Virus record (IMG/VR): IMGVR_UViG_3300034082_004296
Coordinates: 96,001-160,000 of that record
Strand: one strand, 5' to 3'
DNA from: a virus
Length of the DNA: 64,000 nucleotides
Every line of letters begins with the position of its first letter. Position 1 is the stretch's first letter. A model generated the notes under the pieces. The model was not told the DNA's origin, ran no database searches, and was given only the letters and a program-made list of their open reading frames with translations. The position numbers were made by a program, and so were the translations under genes. Positions 41,715-50,724 of the stretch are shown in pieces.

Positions 41715-42191
41715 CTATTCAGTTGGACTCGATGCCAATTGATCGATCGCAATAATTAAACTATCAACATTGCCTTTAATATTTTCTGAAATAGTTAGAT
41801 ATGGAATCCCAATCTGTTGCTTAATATTTTCTCTAACTGGCAATGTTAAGTTACGTAATATTCTTTCACGTAGTCCTTTTTCTTTATCTGGAATAGTTCT
41901 AAATGTCATTTCATTATTGTAAAATTGAGTAAATATTATTTCTCGAGAATTTCCTATTGGCTCAGGCTTGGGTCCTTCTTTATCAATCTCAAAAGCAGTT
42001 CTTGGATTAAGAGATTTTAAATACTCATTCAAGTCAGCTAGGATAAGTGAATTACTATTACTTAATTCAACATACCTTTCTAGATTTACTGAATAATTGA
42101 TTGATCTTGACTTTACTACATACTTTGCAATCCAGCCTTGACTCTGTTTAATTATCATTAATGAATCGAATGAGGGTACTACTTCTGCCAT
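41715..42191 (-). CDS. Hypothetical protein
   Basis: 158-aa ORF at the end of the minus-strand fibre block. Confidence 0.7.
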   Translation of the reverse strand: MAEVVPSFDSLMIIKQSQGWIAKYVVKSRSINYSVNLERYVELSNSNSLILADLNEYLKSLNPRTAFEIDKEGPKPEPIGNSREIIFTQFYNNEMTFRTIPDKEKGLRERILRNLTLPVRENIKQQIGIPYLTISENIKGNVDSLIIAIDQLASSPTE

Positions 42192-42210
42192 CTAGTTTTT
42201 ATTTTTTTAA

Positions 42211-43299
42211 TTATGGAACAAAATACAGCCTATTTGAGTCAGTCGAGCAATAATATACTGATTTTGGCGGTAGACCGGCCGACCCGTCTTGTAAGTTCAT
42301 GATCGAGAGTTGGTTTACAAATGTTGCACAAGACCTATTTGCAGTGATATTGCTTCCAACGATCATTGCTCGTGGACAGCCACCATCGCTATTTGAGTCT
42401 CCTCCAGCAATTATTGAATATCCTCCACTTGCAGTGTTGTTAAAACCGCCTGAAATAGTTGAATATCCTCCACTTGCAGTGTTGTTAATACCGCCTGAAA
42501 TAGTTGAATATCCTCCACTTGCAGTGTTACTTGTTCCTCCACCGATCGTTGCTGAATAGTATCCGCTTGCCGTGTTATTTCTACCACCTGCGATGGTTGA
42601 ATAGTTACCGCTTGCAGTATTGCTAGAACCGCCTCCTATTGTTTCGTTTCCATAATATGAGCTAGCTGTATTTGAAAATCCTCCGCCGATTGTTGAAAGG
42701 CCATAGTATGAACTAACTGTGTTTCCATATCCTCCGCCTATCGTTGAATAGTAAGAGCTCGCAGTATTAACAACGCCGCCGCCAACGCTAGAACCTATTC
42801 CGGATGCAGCATTAGAATAACCACCGCTAACAGTCGTTGCGATATTTGCTGCAAAGTTATTATATCCTCCGCTAACAGTAGTATAATCAGAACTAGCAAC
42901 GTTTAGTGCTCCGCCGGATACGACTGCGTAATATCCGCTTGCAGTGTTTGTAAATCCTCCACCGACCGTGTTTAAATCATTATTGCCTGCAGTGTTTCCA
43001 TATCCTCCGCTAACAGTCGAGGCATATCCGCTTGCAGTATTGTCATATCCGCCGCTAACCGTTGAATAGGTTGAGCTTGCAACATTTGAATTATCTATTC
43101 TATACGTTGATCCTGCGCCTGCACCTTCACTAACCGCTCCAGCTCCTTCAAGAAGCGTAATCGTACCTGCTGAGTCTATTTTTTTTAGTGCTCCTGCGTC
43201 GTCGAGATCAAAACCTATAAAGTAACTCCCTGCCTCTATTTGAGTGTAGTCAAGTGATGAAAACGAGACTTTAGGCATCTCCATTCCAGATCCGTACAT
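42211..43299 (-). CDS. Fibre/adhesin-like protein with 14-aa beta-roll repeats (STxxGGxxNTASGy), Tyr-rich
   Basis: About 17 tandem repeats; N-terminal domain shared with 43329..44510. Confidence 0.8.
   Translation of the reverse strand: MYGSGMEMPKVSFSSLDYTQIEAGSYFIGFDLDDAGALKKIDSAGTITLLEGAGAVSEGAGAGSTYRIDNSNVASSTYSTVSGGYDNTASGYASTVSGGYGNTAGNNDLNTVGGGFTNTASGYYAVVSGGALNVASSDYTTVSGGYNNFAANIATTVSGGYSNAASGIGSSVGGGVVNTASSYYSTIGGGYGNTVSSYYGLSTIGGGFSNTASSYYGNETIGGGSSNTASGNYSTIAGGRNNTASGYYSATIGGGTSNTASGGYSTISGGINNTASGGYSTISGGFNNTASGGYSIIAGGDSNSDGGCPRAMIVGSNITANRSCATFVNQLSIMNLQDGSAGLPPKSVYYCSTDSNRLYFVP
42414..42528. repeat. Near-perfect 42-bp tandem repeat (about 2.7 copies) inside the fibre gene
   Basis: The unit TTGAATATCCTCCACTTGCAGTGTTGTTAA(A/T)ACCGCCTGAAATAG is repeated. 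Confidence 0.85.
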
Positions 43300-43328
43300 G
43301 TTAGTCCTTTTATTTTATTTATCTTGAT

Positions 43329-44510
43329 TTATAATCGAACTCCTTCTATCGCAAAGGTTGTTTGATTATAATAGAAATATGTGTTTCCAGTGACTCCACC
43401 GGTGCCTATTGTGATTGCTGCAGTTGCTGCGGCTCTATCTACATAACTTGGTAAATTTAAGTTACTAAGTATAGTTGATCCAGATATAGCATTACATGAT
43501 CCAGCACACGTTCCTAAAGCAATCACATCGCTACCTGTATTGCAATAAGCAGATCGATATCCTGATGCAGTCACAGTATCTCCGGAATTTCCATATGCGG
43601 AACGATAACCCGATGCAGTTACATAGTTTCCAATATTATTACTTGCTGAAAGAAATCCAACTGCCGTGATAAGACTTCCAGTATTGCAATATGCTGAATT
43701 GCTTCCAACTGCCGTTACTTGATTGCCACTATTGAAGTATGATGAAAAGCTTCCTATTGCAGTAAGAACATCTCCAGTATTACAGTAACCAGAGTGAGTT
43801 CCAACAGTTACAACATTATTTCCTGTATTACAGTATGCTGAGTATGTTCCAACTGCTGCAATGTTGGATCCAGTGTTATGATATGCTGAGTATGTTCCAG
43901 ACGCAGTCGTATAATTTCCAGTATTACAGTATGCTGATCCTCTTCCTAGTGCAGATACACCGCTTCCAGTATTACACTGTGCAGAAAAGTAACCTGAAGC
44001 CGTCACATTATTCCCTGTGTTGCAATATGCTGAAAATGCACCAGTAGAAGTTACCTGACTTCCAGTATTTTGATAAGCTGCACTTTCTCCAAAAGCGGTT
44101 AACTTATTTCCAGTATTAAAGAATGCTGATTGATAGCCTGATGAGGTAACTCCCATCCCAGTGTTACAAAAAGATGAAGTTGCACCAATTGCGACCACTC
44201 CGTTTCCAGTATTGCATCGAGCTGCGTCTGTACCCAATGCAATTATGCTAGATCCAGTGTTTCCATCACCTGCACACGTACCTTGAAAGTTATTTCCATT
44301 TACAAGGTCATGGTTGAAATCTAAAACTTGTTGTAGTGTCGGAATTCCACCGCCTCCTTCAACAGTTGTGATATTTCCAAGATGATCCATCTTAGAAAGG
44401 ACACCAGAGTTATCTAGATCAAAACCTACAAAGTAGCTCCCGACAGGTATGTTTGAATAGGTGAGTGTTGCAAACGAGACTTTAGGTAATTCTATTCCAG
44501 ACTTATACAT
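43329..44510 (-). CDS. Fibre/adhesin-like protein with 16-aa repeats (NTGxxVTAxGxxSAYC)
   Basis: About 16 tandem repeats; PTLQQVL motif; N-terminal domain shared with 42211..43299. Confidence 0.8.
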   Translation of the reverse strand: MYKSGIELPKVSFATLTYSNIPVGSYFVGFDLDNSGVLSKMDHLGNITTVEGGGGIPTLQQVLDFNHDLVNGNNFQGTCAGDGNTGSSIIALGTDAARCNTGNGVVAIGATSSFCNTGMGVTSSGYQSAFFNTGNKLTAFGESAAYQNTGSQVTSTGAFSAYCNTGNNVTASGYFSAQCNTGSGVSALGRGSAYCNTGNYTTASGTYSAYHNTGSNIAAVGTYSAYCNTGNNVVTVGTHSGYCNTGDVLTAIGSFSSYFNSGNQVTAVGSNSAYCNTGSLITAVGFLSASNNIGNYVTASGYRSAYGNSGDTVTASGYRSAYCNTGSDVIALGTCAGSCNAISGSTILSNLNLPSYVDRAAATAAITIGTGGVTGNTYFYYNQTTFAIEGVRL

Positions 44511-44524
44511 AATTTTCTTATTTT

Positions 44525-46399
44525 TTAATATATCTTATTTAAAACAAATATTTCAGTAAAAATAAAATTCGCTGCGTTTGTTGAGTTAAATTGTGCAGTG
44601 ACATCCAGCTGATTAGGAATCGTTGTATCAAAAGTAGTTTGATTTAAAGTACTAAAATTATCACCTTCAAAGCTGCTACCTGCATTTTGAGTAAATGTAA
44701 AATAGCCCGAAGATAATAAACTAGCTGTTCCTGCAGTACCTAGCGATCTAACAGTAAAGGTTACATCAAAGGAAAAGTGTGAAGATGTAACATTTGGCAT
44801 ATTGATTGGACCGACTACCCCAAATTCAGCTGAACCTGACTTAACTCTCAATGTTAAGGTATCGCCATTGTTAGCACCTAAATCTCCAGATATTCTTACA
44901 GCAAATGAATCGCCTACGCTAAACCCATTTGAAGGTACAGATAATGAACCTATTCCGCTACCGATTAGACTCAATTCTGAGAGCGTGCCTGATATTGTTG
45001 TGCTATTGCTAGTTTGTGCAAATAGACCATAAACAGTTGGTCCAGGAATAGTCTTGTACTTAACTATCCCACTGACTGCGTCCCTTACTAGATAATTAGT
45101 AGCAGCCTGATCCTGAGTAGGGGTGTTGACTATTGCTAAGTTATTTACGTGAAAGGTGTTTGCCTGTATAGCATTTATGTTACAGCCAAATATTCCAGAA
45201 AAACTGCAGCTTGCCGTGTTTCCGCAACCTCCAAGTATAGCCGAATAGCAACCTGAAGCGACATTGCATTTGCCTACTAAGACAGCTGAATAGTGTGCAC
45301 TCGCAGTATTGCGACATCCTCCAAGTATTGATGAGTTACAACCTGATGAAGTATTGCAATATCCTCCACTAACGGTAGATGACCAGGCAGTCGCTCGGTT
45401 TTGTGAACCTCCACTAACTGTTGCATAAGTATTCGAAGATGTGTTAGCAAAACCTCCACCAACTGTTGATGTTGCGCCAGATGCAGCATTATTATATCCT
45501 CCGCTAATAGCTGAGTCATAACCAGAAGCCGTGTTAGATCGTCCGCCTCCAATTGTTGAACATCTTGCACTTGCAGTATTATTACAGCCACCAGCAATTG
45601 TCGAAGCTAATCCACTTGCAGTATTACCGCGCCCTCCTCCAAGTGAAGACCATGCACCAGTAGCACAAGCTGTGTTACACTCTCCACCACTGACTATTGA
45701 TCCAGCTGAATATACTGCATTCAATCGACCTCCTCCAATTGTTGAATAAGATGAGCTTGCTGTATTGCAATATCCTCCGCTGATTACTGAACCGTTTCCA
45801 CAAGTTTGATTTGCTTTATTGCAACATCCGCCACCAACGGTCGAACCAGTTCCACCTGCAATATTACTACATCCTCCGCCAATTGTAGAATAGCTAAATG
45901 ACGCAGTATTACACATTCCCCCACTGACAATTGAACTCTGCCCACTTGCAGTATTGCCGCGTCCTCCTGAGACGGTTGTAAAAACGTTACTTGCACAGTT
46001 TATCGCTCCTCCGCCTATTGTTGAATTTCCGCTAGTTGTGACGTTATTACATCCTCCACTAATAGTCGCTGCGTATCCACTTGCGGTGTTACATATTCCT
46101 CCGCTAAGCGTTGAATAATTACTGCTAGCAATATTACATTTACCGCCAGAAACAGTTGAGCCTGCACCGCTTGCTGTGTTACATGTATCTATTCTATAGG
46201 TTGAACATAGTCCTGCACCAACATCTATTACTCCACCACTGCTTCCAACTACGCTCTCTATTCCAGTGTCATCCAGACAATACCAACAACCATCTGATTT
46301 AGCGTAAATCTTACTGTATCCCAGTTCTGGTGGCACAGGAGTCGATGCGACTTTTTTATGTTGAGGGATGCTATGATTTTTCTTTCCTTGGTATGGCAT
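44525..46399 (-). CDS. Cys-rich 14-aa beta-roll fibre with a C-terminal globular (BclA/TNF-like) domain
   Basis: More than 20 repeats of STxxGGxCNTAS; C-terminal beta-sandwich beginning YGLFAQ. Confidence 0.8.
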   Translation of the reverse strand: MPYQGKKNHSIPQHKKVASTPVPPELGYSKIYAKSDGCWYCLDDTGIESVVGSSGGVIDVGAGLCSTYRIDTCNTASGAGSTVSGGKCNIASSNYSTLSGGICNTASGYAATISGGCNNVTTSGNSTIGGGAINCASNVFTTVSGGRGNTASGQSSIVSGGMCNTASFSYSTIGGGCSNIAGGTGSTVGGGCCNKANQTCGNGSVISGGYCNTASSSYSTIGGGRLNAVYSAGSIVSGGECNTACATGAWSSLGGGRGNTASGLASTIAGGCNNTASARCSTIGGGRSNTASGYDSAISGGYNNAASGATSTVGGGFANTSSNTYATVSGGSQNRATAWSSTVSGGYCNTSSGCNSSILGGCRNTASAHYSAVLVGKCNVASGCYSAILGGCGNTASCSFSGIFGCNINAIQANTFHVNNLAIVNTPTQDQAATNYLVRDAVSGIVKYKTIPGPTVYGLFAQTSNSTTISGTLSELSLIGSGIGSLSVPSNGFSVGDSFAVRISGDLGANNGDTLTLRVKSGSAEFGVVGPINMPNVTSSHFSFDVTFTVRSLGTAGTASLLSSGYFTFTQNAGSSFEGDNFSTLNQTTFDTTIPNQLDVTAQFNSTNAANFIFTEIFVLNKIY

Positions 46400-46405
46400 G
46401 GCTCA

Positions 46406-47299
46406 TTATATTTTTGCTTGGAGCACAATCACTCCACTTGTTATGTTTCCAGTAGAGATTAAATCAAACGAGTTATCGTCTATGTGAGTGACATCGACAT
46501 CAACTAGAGTATTTCCATCTCTAACACTATATACAAAATCTTTAGTACCCAATCCGTGCGTTATTGTAAGAGGCAATAGAGCAGTGGCTGTAAAGTTTTG
46601 AACTACTACCTGAACACTGGTACCAGTCGCTAGGTTCACAATTTTAATTATTCCTGAGCCAAGGTTATTGACCTGTCCTCCAGGAAGAAGTATTAGGGTA
46701 CCGTTTGCGATCACCAATTCTCCATAGTTATCGACGATTCCCTCCACTGTAAAGTTTCCATAAATCCAATACTGATAGTCTGCATCAATCTTTAATGCCT
46801 CGTTTGCTGCGATAACCTTTTTATGTCCTCCGTTTCCTCCAGAAGAACCATATCCGCCAGTAAGACTAACCCATCCTCTATCTTGAAAATATCCAATTAG
46901 GTCTTCTCCATATATTGGATCTAATCCTGATACTCCAGTATAGACTATTTCTCCTGGTACGCCTACTGCTGGATATGCTGGAAAATCTGTGAATCTTTGT
47001 CTCTGTGTCTCAGCAACATCAACTAATAGTGACTTACCAACGGCATTACCAGCTGAGTTAATCGTAAAAGTCGGAATACTGCTTTGGGAGATCGTGAGTT
47101 GATTTGTAATCTCTACAAGTTCAAACGTGCCCGAATAGAGTGAAAACGAATTAGTCGTCTCATTATAACTAATGTTATTTAAAAATTCTAGGTTTGCATC
47201 TGATATACTCTTAAAATTCAAGTTAGTTACATCGATGAGCGAAGTTAAGCTTGAATTAGTTAAGCGGCGAATCTTCTCTAAATTGTTATAGATGGCCAT
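46406..47299 (-). CDS. Putative fibre-attachment structural protein
   Basis: N-terminal DVTNLNF motif; C-terminal ITHGLG motif; late motif at 47322-47329. Confidence 0.6.
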   Translation of the reverse strand: MAIYNNLEKIRRLTNSSLTSLIDVTNLNFKSISDANLEFLNNISYNETTNSFSLYSGTFELVEITNQLTISQSSIPTFTINSAGNAVGKSLLVDVAETQRQRFTDFPAYPAVGVPGEIVYTGVSGLDPIYGEDLIGYFQDRGWVSLTGGYGSSGGNGGHKKVIAANEALKIDADYQYWIYGNFTVEGIVDNYGELVIANGTLILLPGGQVNNLGSGIIKIVNLATGTSVQVVVQNFTATALLPLTITHGLGTKDFVYSVRDGNTLVDVDVTHIDDNSFDLISTGNITSGVIVLQAKI

Positions 47300-47372
47300 T
47301 CGATAAATAGTTTATTTTTGTTATTTATCTTTTTAAATAAATAAGAAGATCTATCTTTAGGTATCGTATGTG

Positions 47373-48692
47373 TTAGTGTTTGATAATCTTAGTAGATTGA
47401 TCTATTTCTGAATTTAGGGTAAATCTTCCTCGATTTACTAGACATTCAGTAACATTTGCATGTATTGGCTTTGTGTCTGGATTATCTAGAAAGCTTGAAC
47501 GAATCTCGTTTGTTACTCCCAAATAATCACAGTCAATGAGTTTAGAAAACTTGATTGAATTATTTGAAAAGATCGAGCACCCTTCTAATTTAGAGTTTCT
47601 AATAGTGCAGTTATCAAAGAGGCAGTCCTTGACGTCTCCCTCGATTTCACAGCCAAAAAATTCAACTCCCTCCAAGAGAATACTTCTCTTGATATTTGCA
47701 TCCTTTATTTGAAGTCTTGCTCGACGAGTATCGTAATTCACAATAGCTTCACTGATTCCTCCTCCAATTATTACTCTAAACAGTTTTTCCCTAATTTGAG
47801 GGTATACTGATTCAAGTAGTCTCTCGTTCGTATTTAAGTCAACATGTAGGTCTATTTCCGGAAATGCTGACCTAAAACCCAATAGTGATTTAGTAGAGTC
47901 GATTGCAAACCTAAACTCTTTTACCATTTCCGAGATCTTAACCTTTTCCTGATTAGAATAAGTATGGTTTTCAGTTAACGTCTGATAAAGATGTTCGATC
48001 ACAATGTTTAATGTTTCGACAGCTTCCTTCTTTTTTCGAGTATATTCCTTGCCTGAAATATAATTAACGTTAAGTTTGCCGCTAGCTAGTTGAGAAAAAT
48101 CAGTGGCAAAAAAATCAGATTCTGGAAATTTTAGCTCGATCGCGTCTCCTCTTTCAACGATCGATTCAGTCAAGATCATGTCATATAGCCGTTTTGGCTG
48201 TACGTATTGAAAGTGATTCTGATAAATTAGCCTATTTTCATTTTCAGGCTGTGGCCATAATTCAAAAAGTCGCTTTTCATCCAGACTTATTAAATATTTA
48301 AGGCGATTGAGCTTTTCCACCCTATTTGGAAGCGCTAATGCCCTTTCATTGAGTTTAATCGTGGTCCTTACTCTACACCGCTCTGTAGTAAAACCTATTG
48401 CTTCAATTATGTTTGAGACCTTTAGATACATGTGCATGGCTTCCTGATATGGCATGAGGCCGGTGCTGAGTTGCATTTCCTTGTACCCATTAGAATATGT
48501 GGGTGCAAGCTTAAATGTCTCGTTAGTAGCTTTAAAATCACTCTTTATTTCAGTAAACCATTTTACCTTTTTTCCCAATGCTCTAGCAATCTTTGCGGCT
48601 GCATCCATTTTTCTCATAGGAGAAAAGAATTCAAAACAGAATGAGATTTGGGTGTTATCGTATATGTTCTTCTTATCTAAAGATTTAAACAT
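47373..48692 (-). CDS. Amidoligase-like (COOH-NH2 ligase fold) protein, apparently catalytically degenerate, with a C-terminal beta-helix
   Basis: The layout matches phage amidoligases but key acidic, His and Arg residues are substituted (see findings); C-terminal pentapeptide-like repeats (DCLFDNCTIRNSKL). Confidence 0.6.
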   Translation of the reverse strand: MFKSLDKKNIYDNTQISFCFEFFSPMRKMDAAAKIARALGKKVKWFTEIKSDFKATNETFKLAPTYSNGYKEMQLSTGLMPYQEAMHMYLKVSNIIEAIGFTTERCRVRTTIKLNERALALPNRVEKLNRLKYLISLDEKRLFELWPQPENENRLIYQNHFQYVQPKRLYDMILTESIVERGDAIELKFPESDFFATDFSQLASGKLNVNYISGKEYTRKKKEAVETLNIVIEHLYQTLTENHTYSNQEKVKISEMVKEFRFAIDSTKSLLGFRSAFPEIDLHVDLNTNERLLESVYPQIREKLFRVIIGGGISEAIVNYDTRRARLQIKDANIKRSILLEGVEFFGCEIEGDVKDCLFDNCTIRNSKLEGCSIFSNNSIKFSKLIDCDYLGVTNEIRSSFLDNPDTKPIHANVTECLVNRGRFTLNSEIDQSTKIIKH

Positions 48693-48808
48693 TATTAAGT
48701 GTTTCTTTATTCTATTTATCTTATGAGATCCTTTTAGGAAATGAAAGTATTAAATTAATAGGCTGAGATTAAAGATATGTGAATAAATAAAATAAATAAA
48801 GTTGCTAC

Positions 48809-50473
48809 ATGGCAAAAGTCACAGACAATTTTAAGGTTTTCAATAGGCTCAGCATATATGTTGAGGACCTTTTATCTCAGACCATCAACTACTTGACGTC
48901 TAAGTTTAATCAGAGTAGGGCAGTATTTACATCAGCCTCACCGTTTGGACAGTTATTATTGGTTGTTGAGAACCTTACACAATTAGTATTCTACTATATA
49001 GAAGACTCGATCACCGAGTTAAACATTAATGAGGCGACTAGACTAACGTCAGTCTATTCACTAGCCACACTGGCTGGACACAATCCAAGCAGAGCAGTAT
49101 CTGCGTCTGGTGAAATCAGCCTGTCAACTAAGGCTGGAGCCGGAGAGCCACCTACTGACTTTGTAATTATACCAAACCTTTCTAGAATAAGGTGTAAGAA
49201 CAACGGTCTAACCTATGTGCTTGACCTTTCACAGGATGAGATCAAGTTTTCATTTAACGGCACAACAAACGGTCTTAAGCTGGGGATCCGTCAGGGAATA
49301 ATCGAATCCCAAACAGTCTCAGCTAAGGGCGAACCCATCGAAAGCTTTGCGATAGGTAGCCCACAAAACTACTATATCGATAATTTTATAGTTAACGTTC
49401 ATGTAAATGGAGAGCGATGGAGAAAGTACGATTCAATCATTGACATGCCTAGAGGAGACAAGGCATACATGATTAAAACCGGAATGACGAGCGGAGTTGA
49501 TCTTTTCTTCGGCAACGGTAATTATGGACTGATTCCGACCAGGGGATCAGATATCTTAGTTGAATACTTGGTGACTGAGGGATCAAACGGAAATATCAGA
49601 AGTAACGATTTGGCCAGTATTAAGTTTGAATTCGTGGACACCGGATTTAGCATATTAGGAGACGAGATAGACTTAAATCAATATATTGAGATCACCACAA
49701 CAAACGCACCCTTCTTTGGAACAAATGCTGAGGACTCTAAATTAACCCGTCTTCTTGCACCAAGACAGTCTAAAAGTTTTGCGTTAGTGAATGTTGACCA
49801 TTATGAGAGCGTGTTAAGAAAGCTGAAACTTTTCTCCATCATCAATGTTTCAATTGATGAAGTTGATTCTAGGATGTTAAACCTATTTCTTATACCTGAT
49901 ATCCGAAAAACATTTAGTGTAGCCCAAGACTATTTTAGCGCCAGTCTTAATAGATTTGTGATGAATGACTATCAAAAGAATCAGCTACTACAATATCTTG
50001 AAAAATCAGGTAGTAAAATGATTTCGACCGATGTTCAGATAATTGATCCGATTCCTAGCGAATACGTCATAAACACCTCTATCATTGTGTTTGATGACGT
50101 TTCATCCGAGATAATCAAGAGGGACATTCTTAATAATTTAGGTGAATACTTTATTCAAAACACCAGGTTCACCAGGATACCTAAGAGTGACCTGATAAAG
50201 ATAATTGAGGAGGTCAATGGAGTAGATTCTGTCTCAATAAATATAGTGTGCAAAAAGAACGAGATCTTAAAGGTGCAGAATCCATCAGCTTCCGATATTG
50301 GTCTTGATGAGTTTAATGATATTATTGTTTCATATCAGGAACTCCCAATAATCCGAGGAGGTTTTACTGATCGATATGGTAATGTTTACTCTGCTGGCAT
50401 CACGCCAGACTCGCTTGGGCCAGTTAACATTCAGATTAAGGAAATAGTTCCTCGACCAAAAAAGGTAAATTAA
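48809..50473 (+). CDS. Baseplate wedge subunit (T4 gp6 / baseplate J-like)
   Basis: ELNINEA....VYSLA..AGHNP, FGNGNYGLIP, VEYLVTEG..GN and EEVNGVDSV motifs. Confidence 0.85.
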   Translation: MAKVTDNFKVFNRLSIYVEDLLSQTINYLTSKFNQSRAVFTSASPFGQLLLVVENLTQLVFYYIEDSITELNINEATRLTSVYSLATLAGHNPSRAVSASGEISLSTKAGAGEPPTDFVIIPNLSRIRCKNNGLTYVLDLSQDEIKFSFNGTTNGLKLGIRQGIIESQTVSAKGEPIESFAIGSPQNYYIDNFIVNVHVNGERWRKYDSIIDMPRGDKAYMIKTGMTSGVDLFFGNGNYGLIPTRGSDILVEYLVTEGSNGNIRSNDLASIKFEFVDTGFSILGDEIDLNQYIEITTTNAPFFGTNAEDSKLTRLLAPRQSKSFALVNVDHYESVLRKLKLFSIINVSIDEVDSRMLNLFLIPDIRKTFSVAQDYFSASLNRFVMNDYQKNQLLQYLEKSGSKMISTDVQIIDPIPSEYVINTSIIVFDDVSSEIIKRDILNNLGEYFIQNTRFTRIPKSDLIKIIEEVNGVDSVSINIVCKKNEILKVQNPSASDIGLDEFNDIIVSYQELPIIRGGFTDRYGNVYSAGITPDSLGPVNIQIKEIVPRPKKVN

Positions 50474-50474
50474 C

Positions 50475-50720
50475 ATGGTAAAAAATAGCATATATCGTCC
50501 AATCTTTGAACGTAGGGAAAAGAGGACAAATGTAGGTTTTGATTATAAGGGTCAGATCCTAAAAAAGACGCTTTCAACTCAAATGTTTGGAGCACATCCT
50601 CTTCTTGATTATTTACTTCAGCAGGTAGAGAGTATAGTATATGAGTGGGTAGAGGCAGTAAAGCAGATAAAGATCACAGCAAATCCAGCATTGGACAAAT
50701 ACGAAAATAAAATCAGATAA
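50475..50720 (+). CDS. Small hypothetical protein (possibly baseplate-associated)
   Basis: 81 aa, tightly coupled to the gp6-like gene. Confidence 0.65.
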   Translation: MVKNSIYRPIFERREKRTNVGFDYKGQILKKTLSTQMFGAHPLLDYLLQQVESIVYEWVEAVKQIKITANPALDKYENKIR

Positions 50721-50724
50721 GTTA

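Noticed and set aside
42211-46399. CRISPR array or diversity-generating retroelement in the repeat region
   Set aside because: The repeats are in-frame 42/48-bp protein-coding units without unique spacers; there is no reverse transcriptase or adenine-specific TR/VR pair in the window.
41715-48720. Invertible segment explaining the minus-strand fibre block
   Set aside because: No flanking inverted repeats or site-specific recombinase were seen, and the block has its own correctly oriented late motifs.
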